The notes beneath the pieces are model-generated. The model searched no databases, had not been told where the DNA came from, and saw only the letters and a program-made list of their open reading frames with translations. Below, piece by piece: positions 1 to 12,357 of a stretch of DNA of 64,000 nt. A program made the translations under genes and the position numbers. Each line of letters opens with the position of its first letter. Position 1 is the stretch's first letter. This DNA is from the human T2T-CHM13v2.0 reference genome, Homo sapiens: NCBI RefSeq assembly GCF_009914755.1, contig NC_060929.1; one strand, written 5' to 3'.

Positions 1-2241
1 CAGCCCCTCTCAGAGGATAAAAGCTCTGTTTCAGACCCACCAAGTCAAGCATACTGGGACCTCCTCTCCTTGCCTTAGGTTTCTTGTAGAGCAGAAATTC
101 CACATTCGTAGGGGTAAATGAGAAGACTAAGGACTACAATCCCTATCACCACCACCACTACTACCACCAATGCCCCCTTAAAAAGGGAAGGTATCACTAC
201 AGGGTATGAGGGTCCCAACTCCCAGTGTTGTTGCATTGGTATAGACATTCCTCTCAGGGGAAACAGAGGCCAAAAGGACAAAGGGCTCTACAGCTTTGTC
301 TCAGGGGGCATACTTTATTTGGACAGAGTGTAAACTCCTTGTCTGATGTTGAAAGTAGTAAAAACCCAGCAGGTAGCAATTATGAGGAAGCTGGTGGCTC
401 TGTGATACACGCAAAGGGACAATCAAGAAGACCTCTCATGGGACCAAGATCAACTCTGGAAATTGGTAAGGTAATTTATACACAGTAAGCCTTGCTTTCT
501 TACTACCAACCACCGCATGGCATGAGGCAGTTGTGAAAGTGTCCCCCAAGGTAAACACAAAACTTTTGATGTGGCAGGAGCCCCACCTGCACAAAGGGCT
601 TAAATAAAACTTCATACCAAATACTGACTGAACAACATGCTACTCTGACTCAGACGCAGCAGTACAATGGTAAAAAGTAAAAATCTAACTGGCTACGGGG
701 GCTTACAAACAGCCATTGACCAGCAGGCTGTTTACACTGACATTAGACAATGTCATATGTGGCCATGATTAAAGATAGAAAACAGAAAAATTCTGAGCAG
801 GCAGAGGCTGAAAACTGTGGGGGTAAAAGATTCCGCAAAATGAGTTCATCCAATTCACTAAGAGATAAATGACCAAGCAAATAACAACAACCCCCAGGAA
901 AGGGACTGGTGGTTCAGTAATTAGAACTGTTAGAATATAGTATTTATAAAGTCAATTTTCCACAATGTTAAGACATGCAAGGAAACAGAAAAATGGGATC
1001 CACACACTGGGATGGGGGGAAATCAGAGAAACTAGTTATTGAAGGAGCCTAGACAGTGGACTTGGCAAGCAAAAATGTCAAAGTAACATTATAAACATCT
1101 TGAAAGAACCAAATGTAACAATGCATAAAGAATTAAAGGAAGGAAGACAGTTGATAATATCTCATCAAATGAAAATGTTATTAAAAAGATAATTTACTTT
1201 TTAAATGCCACATGGCAATTACAGAGATGAAAAATAGAATAACAGAAATGAAAACATTTACTAGAGGAGCTCAACACTAGATTTGATCTGGGAGAAGAAA
1301 TAACCAAGATTAAAATTTTACCACATACCTTCTTCATCTAAGATATAATTACATTAAAAATCAACTGCAGAAAAAAAATTTCGGTACATTTTAGAACTAC
1401 AGAAGAAAATATGAGAATTTCTGTAACTGGGGAAATTAAAAGGTGAAAAAGTCAAACAATGCCGTCTAAAATAACCAATTATTTAAAGAATAAAGTATAG
1501 GGAAATTTTAAAAAAATGAGATTAATTAAAACTAGAATAGAACATACAAATGTATGTAACAAAGCAGTGAGCATAAGGAGATTTATAACTGTAAGTGCCT
1601 ACATTTAAAAATTCTCAAATCAATAATTTAACCACCCCAATAAGAAAGAAGAAAAAAAGAAGAGCAAACTAAACTCAAAACAATCAGAAGTAGTAAAGAT
1701 AAAGACTGAAGTGGAAATTAATAATGTAAAGAATGAAAACAATAGATAAAATAAACACACCAAATTGTTCCTTTGAAAGGATTAACAAAATTAACAAATG
1801 CTTAGTTATAATTATTACAAAAAATGAAATTACTAAAATCAGTAAAGAAGAAACATCACTATCAACCTTCTAACAATTAAAAAACGTACTATAACAAATA
1901 CCATGAACAACTTTATGCCAACAAATTAAACAACATTGATGAAATGGACACATTTTTAGAAAGACAAAAATTAATAATATTACCTCAAAGGTTTAGAAGC
2001 CCTGATTAGGACTATAACACATAAAGAGATCAAATTAGCAATTTCAAAAACTTCCCACCAAGAAAATTTCAGAACAAGATGTCTTCACTGTTGAATTCTA
2101 TCAAACATTTCAATAATAATTAATATAAAACCTCTGTAAACTCAAAAAAAAAAAAAAGAAGTTGAGGGAACATACCCTGACTTATTCTATGCGACCTTTA
2201 ACATTACAATACTGAAATCCAACCAACACTTGACAAGATAA

Positions 2242-2249
2242 ACACACAC

Positions 2250-2283
<34 letters not shown>
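2242..2283. repeat. (CA)n/(CATA)n microsatellite
   Basis: Read directly from sequence. Confidence 0.95.
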
Positions 2284-2837
2284 CCTCCTGAATACCAATA
2301 TCCCTTATGAATATAAATGTAAGAATTCTCAACACAGTTCTGGCACAGCAAATCCAGCAAAATACGAAAGAGATTATACACTATGACCAAATGGGATTTA
2401 TCTTATTACTGCAATGTTGGTTTAATGTCCAATAAATATTTAATGTAATACCCATGTCAATAGAATAAAGAAGAAACAAAACAAACAGAGGATCATGTCA
2501 ATGATCTAGAAAATGTATTTGATAATTTTCAATATGTTTTATTGATAAAAACAATCAACAAAGTAGGAAGAAAACAAAACACCTGCAAGCTGACAAAGAT
2601 AATCTAACAAGTCTCCACAAGTCATATCATGGTAAAGGTAACAGACTGCATGTTTTCTCTCCAAGAACACAAACAAGAAAGGAAGGTACACTCTCCTCGT
2701 GTCTTTACGACATTCTAATGGAGGTTTTATTAGGCAAATTAGACAAGAAAAGAGGGAAAATTTACCAGACTAGAAAGGTAGAAAAAAATTTGTCTCAACT
2801 TGCAGATGACATGATCTTTTATATTAAATATCCTAAA

Positions 2838-2876
<39 letters not shown>

Positions 2877-2970
2877 GCTTAGTAAATATTTTAAAGTATA
2901 TACATATAGTTTAAGATATTTGTGTGTGTGTTTGTGTGTGTGTGTGAGAGAGAAAGAGAGAGAGAGAGAA
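2838..2970. repeat. Compound (TG)n(TA)n and (TG)n(GA)n microsatellites
   Basis: Read directly from sequence. Confidence 0.9.
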
Positions 2971-3530
2971 ACAGAGGGAGAGTGTTAGAGGCCTGGCAGC
3001 ATACAAGATCAATATACAAAACTCAACTGTATTTCTATACACTGAAATGTCATTAAAATTGAATGCCATTAAAAATGGCACTGAAAATTGAATTAAGAAA
3101 ATACTTCCATTTATAATAGTGTCTGAAAGATAAAATATTTAGATCAAAACCTAACAAAAGAAGTGAAAAATGCATATGCTGAAAACCACAAACCATTGTT
3201 GCAAGAAATTAAAGAATGTCTATGTAAATGAGTGGGCATAAAATGTTCATAGATTGGAAAGTTAATATTATTAAGAAGACAATAACCCCAAATTGATCCT
3301 TATGCAATTCCTGTCAAAATTCAAGCCACGATAGTACAGCAATTGAAATGTTCATTCTAAAATTCATGTAGAAATGAAAGGGACCCAGCAGAATATTAAA
3401 AACAGTCTTATACAAAAAAGTAAATAATTTGGAGAACTCACACTTTTCACTTTTAAAGCTCAAAACACCACTGCAATAAGCATGACAATGTGGTACTGGC
3501 ATAAGTATACACCCAGAAGCCATAGAAAGG

Positions 3531-3801
3531 AATAGAGATCCTAAAATAAATGGGTCCATCCTGAGTGAATTTTTGCATATGGTGGCAGTGGAGGATTAAA
3601 TTAGTCTTTTTTTTATGTGGATATCCAATTGACCCAGGCCCATTGTATCTAATACTGCTTGTAGCAAATCAGTTGCCTAAAAATAAGTTTATTTTAGGGT
3701 CTCTATTTTCTCAGTAAATGATCCTGGGGCAATTGGATATCCACATAAAAATGACTTTTATCCTCTACTGCCACCATATGCAAAAATTCACTCAGGATGG
3801 A
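3531..3801. repeat. Interlocked inverted duplication within L1 (A-C'-B'-A'-C)
   Basis: 3555-3589 is the exact reverse complement of 3767-3801 (35 bp). 3610-3631 is the reverse complement of 3730-3751. 3688-3707 is the reverse complement of 3531-3550 (19/20). Confidence 0.9.
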
Positions 3802-4553
3802 TCATAGACCTTATTTAAGAGTTAATCCTGTAAGATTCTTACACACAAACATAGAATAGGCAATTCAGTGTGTTTAAAAATATATGACTTCAAAAGCCCA
3901 AGTGACAAGATAAAGACAAGCTGGACTTTAGGAAAATTAGCAATTTCTTGCTTCAAAGAATACAGATATGGAAGTAAAAAGATAACCCATAGAATGCAAA
4001 AAAGTATGTTCAAATTATTCACTTGACAAGAGACTTGTATCTCAAATATATAAAGACCATTTATTATTCAATAGAAAGATAATACAATCAATAAATGAGA
4101 GAGGGCTTTGAATAGACATTTCTCCAAATCAGATACACACATGGACAATATGCCCATGAAAGGACTGTCAACACCATTCATTAGTCACTAGGAAAATGCA
4201 AATCGAAAACCACAGTGAAGATGGCTATAATAGAAAAATAACATAGTAACAAATGTTGAAGGAGGATGTGAAAAATCAGCACCCGCACACATGGCTGCTA
4301 AGAATGTAAAATGGTGGAGCTTTTTTGGATATTATTTTGGTAGTTCCTCAAAATGTTAAAATATAGAGTTTATGAGATGATCCAGAAATTTCACTCTTAG
4401 GTATCTACCTAAGAGAAAATGGAAAAGACTCATCCACACAAAAACCTGTATACATAACCTCCCAGCAGCATTATTAATCATAGCCGAACAGTGGAAACAA
4501 ATTACATAAAAACCAATGGGATTATTTGATGAACAAAATCTCATATATTCATA

Positions 4554-5061
4554 TGTAGAGGGTTCAAGGGATTTGGGGACTGATCAAGGAAAATGATGTC
4601 ACTGTGAGAAGCAGTTAACACACAACAAGCTTTAGTGGGTGGTGTTTGCACAGCCTCACATGAGAGTGCACATCCCTTGCAGCATGGGGCTGATGATAGG
4701 GGCTATTATCCAGAGGACAGGGGGTTCAGAGAGGTGGTTTACACAAATGATGTTATTAAGCAGCATGGTCAGGTGTCTCTGGGTCAGAGAGATCCAAAGG
4801 GCTGTCGCAGCTTGGATTTCATAACCACAAAGCTCTAGCTTATCTATTACTAGCAGGTGTGGGGTGAGGTTTTGAAGGGTAAGTAAATCAGACACTCTCT
4901 TAAGTGGCTAAAAATCTACTTGTTTGGACTATTTTTAAAACAATTGAATGTATGAAAATTTGAGTTTGACTCTGGTGGGGTTTGGAGCTCATGGGTCTCA
5001 ACTTGTAGTGAAGAAATAAACTAAGGGTACATATAAAAAGTCTACATTTAGCTCATTTACA
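4554..5061. mobile_element. LTR-like insertion interrupting the L1 3' region (family not identified)
   Basis: Abrupt composition change; starts TGTAGA with TCTACA at 5041-5046; L1 sequence resumes afterwards. Confidence 0.5.
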
Positions 5062-6356
5062 TAACACCATGCAATTGATTATTACATGGCAATGAAAAGG
5101 GATAAAGTCCTCATGCCTGCTACAATATAGATGAAATTTTAAAACATTTTGCAAATGAAAGAAGTCAGTTATAAAAGATTACATATTATATGATTGTTAT
5201 TTATATTGTTTTTAGAATAGGTGAATAAAGACAGAGGGGAAATTAATTGTTGTTTAGGGACTGTATTTTGGGTATGACCTGGAGAATGATTGCCAACGGG
5301 TTTGGGGTTCCTTCTTGGGCGAATAAAAATGTTCTAAAATCATATTGTGGTGATGGTTGCAACACTATGTGAATATAGTAATAAAAATTGAATTCCATAC
5401 TTTAAATAGGTGGATTGTGTGATATGGAAGTTATATCGCAATAAAGTTGTTTAAAAAATGACTTCATGATAGACTTCAGACTCAAGATTTTGGGCTGTAA
5501 TTAGTGGACCTGAAATTGTCTTTGCTTCTTGAAGCAAATTAAATCAAACAAGGTCCCAATTCATGTGTTAATATATTTTACATAATATTGATCAGAGACT
5601 ACCTCAATACTAACTTATGGCTCATATTTGAGAGTATTTCCACTGATTTACATGTGCTAGTGCCTCACTGCTTCACCATGACCACCTGGGCAGCATATAA
5701 ATCCTCTAAAGTTTTATAGAAACCATCTGGGCTGGAAATCGCCCACATTTGCTTTATCTGTGCTGCAGAGGGAAATCAAGAGGCAAACCGTTACACAGAT
5801 GAATTTTCCCAAGACACAAAGGCAGCACACTCCTTTAAACATTCCAGGAAGCAGTGAACATGGGGGAAAGAGGAGTCTGAAGCCATGCCTCAGCTTATTT
5901 TCTAGACTAAGCCTTGGAACCAACTTAAGAGGTGACCCATAAGAATCTGACTGACTGCAAGCAAGAAGAGCTCTTGGGTTGCAGAAATAGATACTATGCT
6001 GCTCTTTACGGAGAACCACAAAGATTTGAATAATGTCAATACATAATGGTATGAGTAGTTTTATTCACCAGAATTCCAGAGGGACTAAATCTAGGATGAA
6101 AATGAAGCTGAGTTTAGCACAAAGTACATTTCTCAGAGGAATGTGTACAAGGGAGAAGGTAAGGACAGAAACTATCGTAACAGTAGGGGGTGGCATGGCC
6201 TGTAAGTAGGTAGTCATGTGGGAGAGGGGGAGAAAGAAGAAAGGAGATTTTAGGAGACAGATTTGAACTTAAGAGTGTATTAATGGGCATCAAGAGGCCT
6301 CACAATGGCCCAGCTACATATCAGTATAGATTTAAAGATGCACAAACAATTGGAAC

Positions 6357-6718
6357 TGTCAGGCCTCTGAGCCCAAGCTAAGCCATCATATCCCCTGTGA
6401 CCTGCACATACACATCCAGATGGCCGGTTCCTGCCTTAACTGATGACATTATCTTGTGAAATTCCTTCTCCTCACTCATCCTGGCTCAAAAGCTCCCCTA
6501 CTGAGCACCTTGTGACCCCCACTCCTGCACACCAGAGAACAACCCCTCTTTGACTGTAATTTTCATTTACCTACCCAAACCTTATAAAACGGGCCCACCC
6601 CTATCTCCCTTTGCTGACCCTCTTTTCGGACTCAGCCCGCCTGTGCCCAGGTGATTAAAAAGCTTTATTGCTCACACAAAGCCTGTTTAGTGGTCTCTTC
6701 ACACGGACATACATGAAA
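6357..6718 (+). mobile_element. HERV-H 5' LTR (LTR7 family), 362 bp
   Basis: Begins 'tgtcaggcctctgagcccaagctaagcc', TATA-like 'cttataaaa' at ~6581, ATTAAA at ~6654, ends 'catgaaa'; preceded by GGAAC (6352-6356). Confidence 0.97.
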
Positions 6719-6720
6719 TT

Positions 6721-6738
6721 TGGTGCCGTGACTTGGAT
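6721..6738 (+). promoter_or_regulatory. Primer binding site complementary to tRNA-His
   Basis: TGGTGCCGTGACTTGGAT directly after the LTR; one mismatch to the HERV-H PBS TGGTGCCGTGACTCGGAT. Confidence 0.95.
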
Positions 6739-6861
6739 CGGGGGACCTCCCTTAGGAGATCAATCCCCTGTCCTCCTGCTCTTTGCTCCATGAAAAAGAT
6801 CCACCTACGACCTCAGGTCCTCAGACCCACCAGCCCAAGGAACATCTCACCAATTTTAAAT

Positions 6862-6870
6862 CAGGTAAGT
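6862..6870 (+). promoter_or_regulatory. HERV-H leader splice donor CAG|GTAAGT
   Basis: Perfect 5' splice-site consensus about 145 nt past the LTR, where the HERV-H major donor lies. Confidence 0.75.
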
Positions 6871-7380
6871 GGCCTCTTCTCACTTCTCCAACGTCTCTCA
6901 CTATCCCTCAACCACTTTCTCCTTTCAATCTTGGTGCCACCCTTCAATCTCTCCCTTCTCTTAATTTCAATTCCTTTCATTTTCTGGTGGAGACAAAGGA
7001 GACACGTTTTATCTGTGGACCCAAAACTCCGGCGCCGGTCATGGACTCGGGAAGGCAGCCTTCCCTTGGTGTTTAATCATTGCAGGGACGCCTCTCTGAT
7101 TATTCACCCATGTTTCAGAGGTGTCTGACCATGCGAGAACACCTGCCTTGGTCCTTCACCCTTAGCGGCAAGTACTGCTTTTCTGGGAGGCAAGAACACT
7201 CCAACTCCTTCTCTCCATGTCTCTACCCCTTCTCTGCTTTTCTGGGGGGCAAGAACCCCCCAATCCCTTCTCCTTCACCCTTAGTGGCAAGTACTGCTTT
7301 TCTAGGGGGCAAGAACCCCCCAACCCCTTCTCTCCGTGTCTCTACCCCTTCTCTGCTTTTCTGGGGGCAAGAATCCCCCA

Positions 7381-7660
7381 ATCCCTTATTTCCACACCCC
7401 GACCCCTTATCTCTGCACCCCGATCCCTTAATTCCACACCCCAACCTCTTATCTCTGTGCTCTGATCCCTTACTTCCATGCCCCAACCTCTTATCTCTGC
7501 GCCCCGATCCCTTATTTCCGTGCCCCGACCTCTTATCTCTGCACCACGATCCCTTATTTCCGTGCCCCAACCTCTTATCTCTGCACCCTGATCCCTTATT
7601 TCCACACCCCGACCTCTTATATCTGCGCTCCAACCCCTTATTTCCATGCCCCAACCCCTT
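7381..7660 (+). repeat. 42-bp (2x21-bp) tandem minisatellite in the HERV-H leader, ~6.5 copies
   Basis: 'atcccttat'-like motif recurs at 7381, 7423, 7465, 7507, 7549, 7591 and 7633. Confidence 0.92.
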
Positions 7661-7742
7661 TCCTGCTTTTCTGGAGGGTAAGAACCCCCAAACCCCTTCC
7701 CTCTGTGTCTCTACCCTGCTCTTTAAACTTGCCTCCTTCACT

Positions 7743-8862
7743 ATGGGCAACCCTTCATTCCTCCTTCTCCCTTAGCCTGTGCTCTCAAGAACTTAAAACC
7801 TCTTCAACTCACACCTGACCTAAAACCTAAATGCCTTATTTTCTTCTTCAATGCTGCTTGACCCCAATACAAACTCGACAGTAGTTCCAAATAGCCAAAA
7901 AACGGCACTTTCGATTTTTCCGTCCTACAAGATCTAAATAATTCTTGTCGTAAAATAGGCAAACGGTCTGAGGTGCCTGATGTCCAGGCATTCTTTTATA
8001 CATTGGTCCCTCCCTAGTCTCTGTTCCCAATGCAACTCATCCCAAATCTTCCTTCCCTCCCGCCGGTCCCCTCAGTCCCAACCCCAAGTGTTGCTGAGTC
8101 TTTCTAATCTTCCTTTTCTACAGACACATCTCACCTCTCTCCTCCTAGCCAGGCAGAGCTAGGTGCCAATTCTTCCTCAGCCTCCGATCCTCCACCCTAT
8201 AATCCTTTTATCACCTCCCCTCCTCACACCTGGTCCGGCTTACAGTTTCTTTCCGCTACTAGCCCTCCCCCACCTGCCCAGCAATTTCCTCTTTAAAAGG
8301 TGGCTGGAGCTAAAGGCATAGTTAAGTTTAATGCTCCTTTTTCTTTATCCTACCTCTCCCAGATCAGTTAGTGTTTAGGCTCTTTTTCATCAAATATAAA
8401 AACGCAGCCCAGTTCATGGCCCCTTTAGCAGCAACCCTGAGATGCTTTACAGCCCTAGACCCTGAAAGGTCACAAGGCCGTCTTATTCTCAATATACATT
8501 TTATTTTATTACCCAATCTGCTCCCAACATTAAATAAAGCTCCAAAAATTAAATTCTGGCCCTCAAACCCCACAACAGGACTTAACCTCACCTTCAAGGT
8601 ATGCAATAATAGAGTAGAGGCAGCCAAGTAGCAACATATTTCTGAGTTGCAATTCCTTGCCTCCACTGTGAGACAAACCCCAGCCACATCTCCAGCACAC
8701 AAGGACTCCAAATGCCTGAACCGCAGCTGCCAGAGTTTCCTCCAGAACCTCCTCCCTCAGGAGCTTGCTACAAGTGCCAGAAATCTGGCCACCAGGCCAA
8801 AGAATGCCCCACAGCCTAGGATTCCTCCTAAGCTGTGTCCCATCTGTGTAGGACCCCACTGA
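7743..8862 (+). pseudogene. gag: HERV-H gag remnant (disrupted)
   Basis: ATGGGCAAC (MGN) at 7743; zinc knuckle CYKCQKSGHQAKEC at 8766-8807; multiple stops and frameshifts. Confidence 0.8.
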
Positions 8863-8999
8863 AAATCAGACTGTTCAACTCACCTGGCAGCCACTCCCAG
8901 AGCCCCTGGAACTCTGGCCCAAGGCTCTCTGACTGACTCCTTCCCAGCTCTTCTCAGCTTAGCGGCTGAAGACTGACACTGCCCGATCGCCTCAGAAGC

Positions 9000-11180
9000 C
9001 CCCTAGACCATCACGGATGCTGAGCTTCAAGTAACTCTCACAGCAGAAAGTAAGTCCTTAATCAATAAGGAGGCTACCCACTCCACATTACCTTCTTTTC
9101 AAGGGCCTGTTTCCCTTGCCTCCATAAATGTGGTAGGTATTGACGGCCAGGCTTCTAAACATCTTTAAACTCCCCAACTCTAGTGCCAACTTAGACAATA
9201 CTCTTTTAAGCGCTCCTTTTTAGTTATCCCCACCTGCCCAGTTCCCTTATTAGGCTGAGACACTTTAACTAAATTGTCTGCTTCCCTGACTGTTCTTGGG
9301 CTACAGCCACACCTCACTGCCACCTTTTCCCCCAGTTCAAAGCCTCCTTCACATCCTCCCCTTGTATCTCCCCACCTAAACCCACAAGTATAAGACACCT
9401 CTACTCCCTCCTTAGCGACCGATCATGTACCCCTTTCCACCCCATTAAAACCTAATCACTCTTACCCTGCTCAATGCCAACATCCCATCCCACAGCACGC
9501 TTTGAGAAGATTAAAGCCTGTTATCTCTCACCTGCTACAGCATGGCCTTTTAAAGCCTATAAACTCCCCTTACAATTCCCCCATTTCACCTGTCCTAAAA
9601 CCAGACAAGGCTTACAGGTTAGTTCAAGATCTGTGCCTTATCAACCAAATTGTTTTGCCTATCCACCCCATGGTGCCAAACCCATATACTCTCCTATCCT
9701 CAATACCTCCCTCCACAATCCATTATTCTGTTCTAGATCTCAAACATGCTTCCTTTACTATTCCTTTGCACCCTTCATCCCAGCCTCTCTTTGCTTTCAC
9801 TTGGACTGACCCTGACACCCATCAGGCTCAGCAAATTACCTGGGCTGTACTGCTGCAAGTCTTCAAAGACAGCCCCCATTACTTCAGTCAAGCCCAAATT
9901 TCTTCCTCATCTGTTACCTATCTCAGCATAATTCTAATAAAAACACATGTGCTCTCCATGCTGATCGTGTCCAGCTAATCTCCCAAACCCCAATCCCTTC
10001 TACAAAACAACAACTCCTTTCCTTCCTAGGCATGGTTAGTGTGGTCAGAATTCTTACACAAGAGCCAGGACCCCACCCTTTAGCCTTTCTGTCCAAACAA
10101 CTTGACCTTACTGTTTTAGCCTAGTCCTCATGTTTGCGTGCAGCAGCTGCCGCTGCTTTAATACTTTTAGAGGCCCTAAAAATCACAAACTATGCTCAAC
10201 TCACTCGCTACAGTTCTCATAACTGCCAAAATCTATTTTCTTCCTCCCACCTGACACATATACTTTCTGCTCCCCAGCTCCTTCAGCTGTATTCACTCTT
10301 CGTTGAGTCGCCCACAATTACAATTGTTCCTGGCCCGGACTTCAATCCGGCCTCCCACATTATTCCTGATACCACACCTGACCCCCATGACTGTATCCCT
10401 CTGATCCACCTGACATTCATCCAATGTCCCCGTATTTCCTTCTTTCCTGTTCCTCACCCTGATTATGGCTTGATTTATTGATAGCAGTTCCACCAGGCCT
10501 AATCGCCACACACCAGCAAAGGCAGGCTATGCTATAGTACAAGCCACTAGCCTGCCTCTTAGAACCTCTCATTTCCTTTCCATTGTAGAAATCTATCCTC
10601 AAAGAAATAACTTCTCAGTGTTCCATCTGCTATTCTACTACTCCTCAAGGATTATTCAGGCCCCCTCCCTTCCCTACACATCAAGCTAAGGGATTTGCCC
10701 CCACCCAGGACTGGCAAATTAGCTTTACTCAACATGCCCCAAGTCAGAAAACTAAAATACCTCTTAGTCTAGGTAGACACTTTTACTGGATAAGTAGAGG
10801 CCTTTCCTACAGGGTCTGAGAAGGCCACCACTGTCATTTCTTCCCTTCTCTCAGACATAATTCCTCAGTTTGGCCTTCCCACCTCTATACGGTCTGATAA
10901 CAGACCAGCCTTTACTAGTCGAATCACCCAAGCAGTTTCTCAGGCTCTTAGTATTCAGTGGAACCTTCATATCCCTTACCATCCTCAATCTTCAGGAAAG
11001 GCAGAACGGACTAATGATCTTTTAAAAACACATCTCACCAAGCTCAGCCACCAACTTAAAAAGGACTGGACAATACTTTTATCACTTTCCCTTCTCAGAA
11101 TTCAGGCCTGTCCTTGGAATGCTACAGGGTACAGCCCATTTAAGCTCCTGTATGGACACTCCTTTTTATTAGGCCCCAGT
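9000..11180 (+). pseudogene. pol: HERV-H pro/pol remnant (RT N-terminus, RNase H-region fragment, integrase core)
   Basis: ORF 9502-9978 has SPYNSPI..VLKPD..YRLVQDL, VLDLKHASFTIPL and FAFTWTDP, with no YxDD motif. Integrase motifs VDTFTG*VEAFP (~10773), SDNRPAF and PYHPQSSGKAERTN (~10974). Confidence 0.9.
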
Positions 11181-12306
11181 CTCATTCCAGACACCAGACC
11201 AACTTAGACTGTGCCCCAAGAAACTTGTCATCCCTACTATCTTCTGTCTAGTCATACTCCTATTCACCGTTCTCAACTACTCATACATGCCCTGCTCTTG
11301 TTTACACTGCCAGTTTACACTGTTTCTCTAAGCCATCACAGCTGATATCTCCTGGTGCTACCCCCAAACTGCCACTCTTAACTCTTGAAGTAAATAAATA
11401 ATCTTTGCTGGCAGAACTATGCTGAATCTCCTTAGGCACTCTCTAATTAGATGTCCTAGGTCCTCCCAATTCTTAGACCTTTAATACCTGTTTTTCTCCT
11501 TCTCTTATTCCGTTTACTTTTTCAATTCATACAAAACTGTATCCAGGCCATCACCAATAATTCTAAATGACAAATATTTCTTCTAACAGTCCCACAATAT
11601 CACCCCTTACCACAAAATCTTCCTTCAGTTTAATCTCTCCCACTCTAGGTTCCCACGCTGCCCCTAATGCCGCTCGAAGCAGCCCTGAGAAACATCGCCC
11701 ATTATCTCTCCATACCATCCCCCAAAATTTTCGCTGTCCCAAATCTTTACCACTATTTTGTTTTATTTTTCTTATTAATATAAGAAGACAGGAACTACAA
11801 AGCTATCAACTGAATTTCTAAAAACCAAGAAAATATTGTGTCTGTTTCAGATAAAAAAATACTTACTTATTAACCAGTCTTTAAAAATATATGCATCCCT
11901 GATTCTAAACCTTAAATTAAACACTAGAGAAGTTTTCCTTGTAATTTATTGGAGGGATAGTGAGAGATATATTGAGGACTGTGCGTAGAGACTGAATTAT
12001 AATTTTTCAAATAGAAAAATAGTAAGAGGTGACAAAAAGGAAGGAAATACTATTAAGCAAGAGAGAAACATTTAGTAAGCAGCAAATATGCTCTAATTCC
12101 ATAATTCCTGGCAATAACAAGATCACACAAGTCTCACGAGACATTTTTGTCCTTAGAATTTACCTCACATTTTGATATTAAGTTTAACTCTTGATGTGTC
12201 TAATTACAAAGCTTCAAATATGAATCTGAAAAATGATTCTGTTACTCTCTATAAAAATCTTACCAGTGTCACTATGGCTCCTTTATCTACTATATGCCAT
12301 ACATTA

Positions 12307-12307
<1 letters not shown>

Positions 12308-12351
<44 letters not shown>
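12308..12351. repeat. (CA)n microsatellite, ~22 units
   Basis: Read directly from sequence. Confidence 0.97.

Positions 12352-12357
<6 letters not shown>

Larger units (their letters stand above)
1..5458 (+). mobile_element. Old degenerate LINE-1 (L1M-type: ORF1/ORF2 remnants and 3' end), interrupted by microsatellites and an LTR-like insert
   Basis: A-rich + strand with L1 ORF2-like motifs (e.g. 'caactttatgccaacaaatt', 'cttgcagatgacatgatc', 'atacaagatcaatatacaaaactcaactg') and an L1M-type 3' tail ending 'ataaagttgtttaaaaaa'. No long ORF. Assignment of the first ~900 bp is less certain. Confidence 0.8.
6719..11794 (+). mobile_element. HERV-H internal region, common deleted type (gag/pro/pol remnants, env largely absent), ending at the polypurine tract
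   Basis: C/T-rich HERV-H leader, gag CCHC knuckle, RT, RNase H and IN remnants; terminal 'ttattaatataagaagacaggaa' (PPT) at 11772-11794. Confidence 0.95.

Noticed and set aside
75-488. Overlapping ORFs at the window start with poly-Thr/poly-Val
   Set aside because: They arise from an (ACC/ACT)n tract in probable L1 5' sequence; no recognisable domain.
7381-7660. CRISPR-like regularly spaced repeats
   Set aside because: Contiguous tandem units without unique spacers, inside a HERV-H leader in eukaryotic DNA.
7080-7775. 231-aa ORF as a real gene
   Set aside because: Non-ATG start as called, and the frame is open because of a 42-bp pyrimidine-rich repeat.
9502-10481. Functional reverse transcriptase/RNase H
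   Set aside because: Fragmented, the YxDD catalytic region is absent, and flanking frames have stops.
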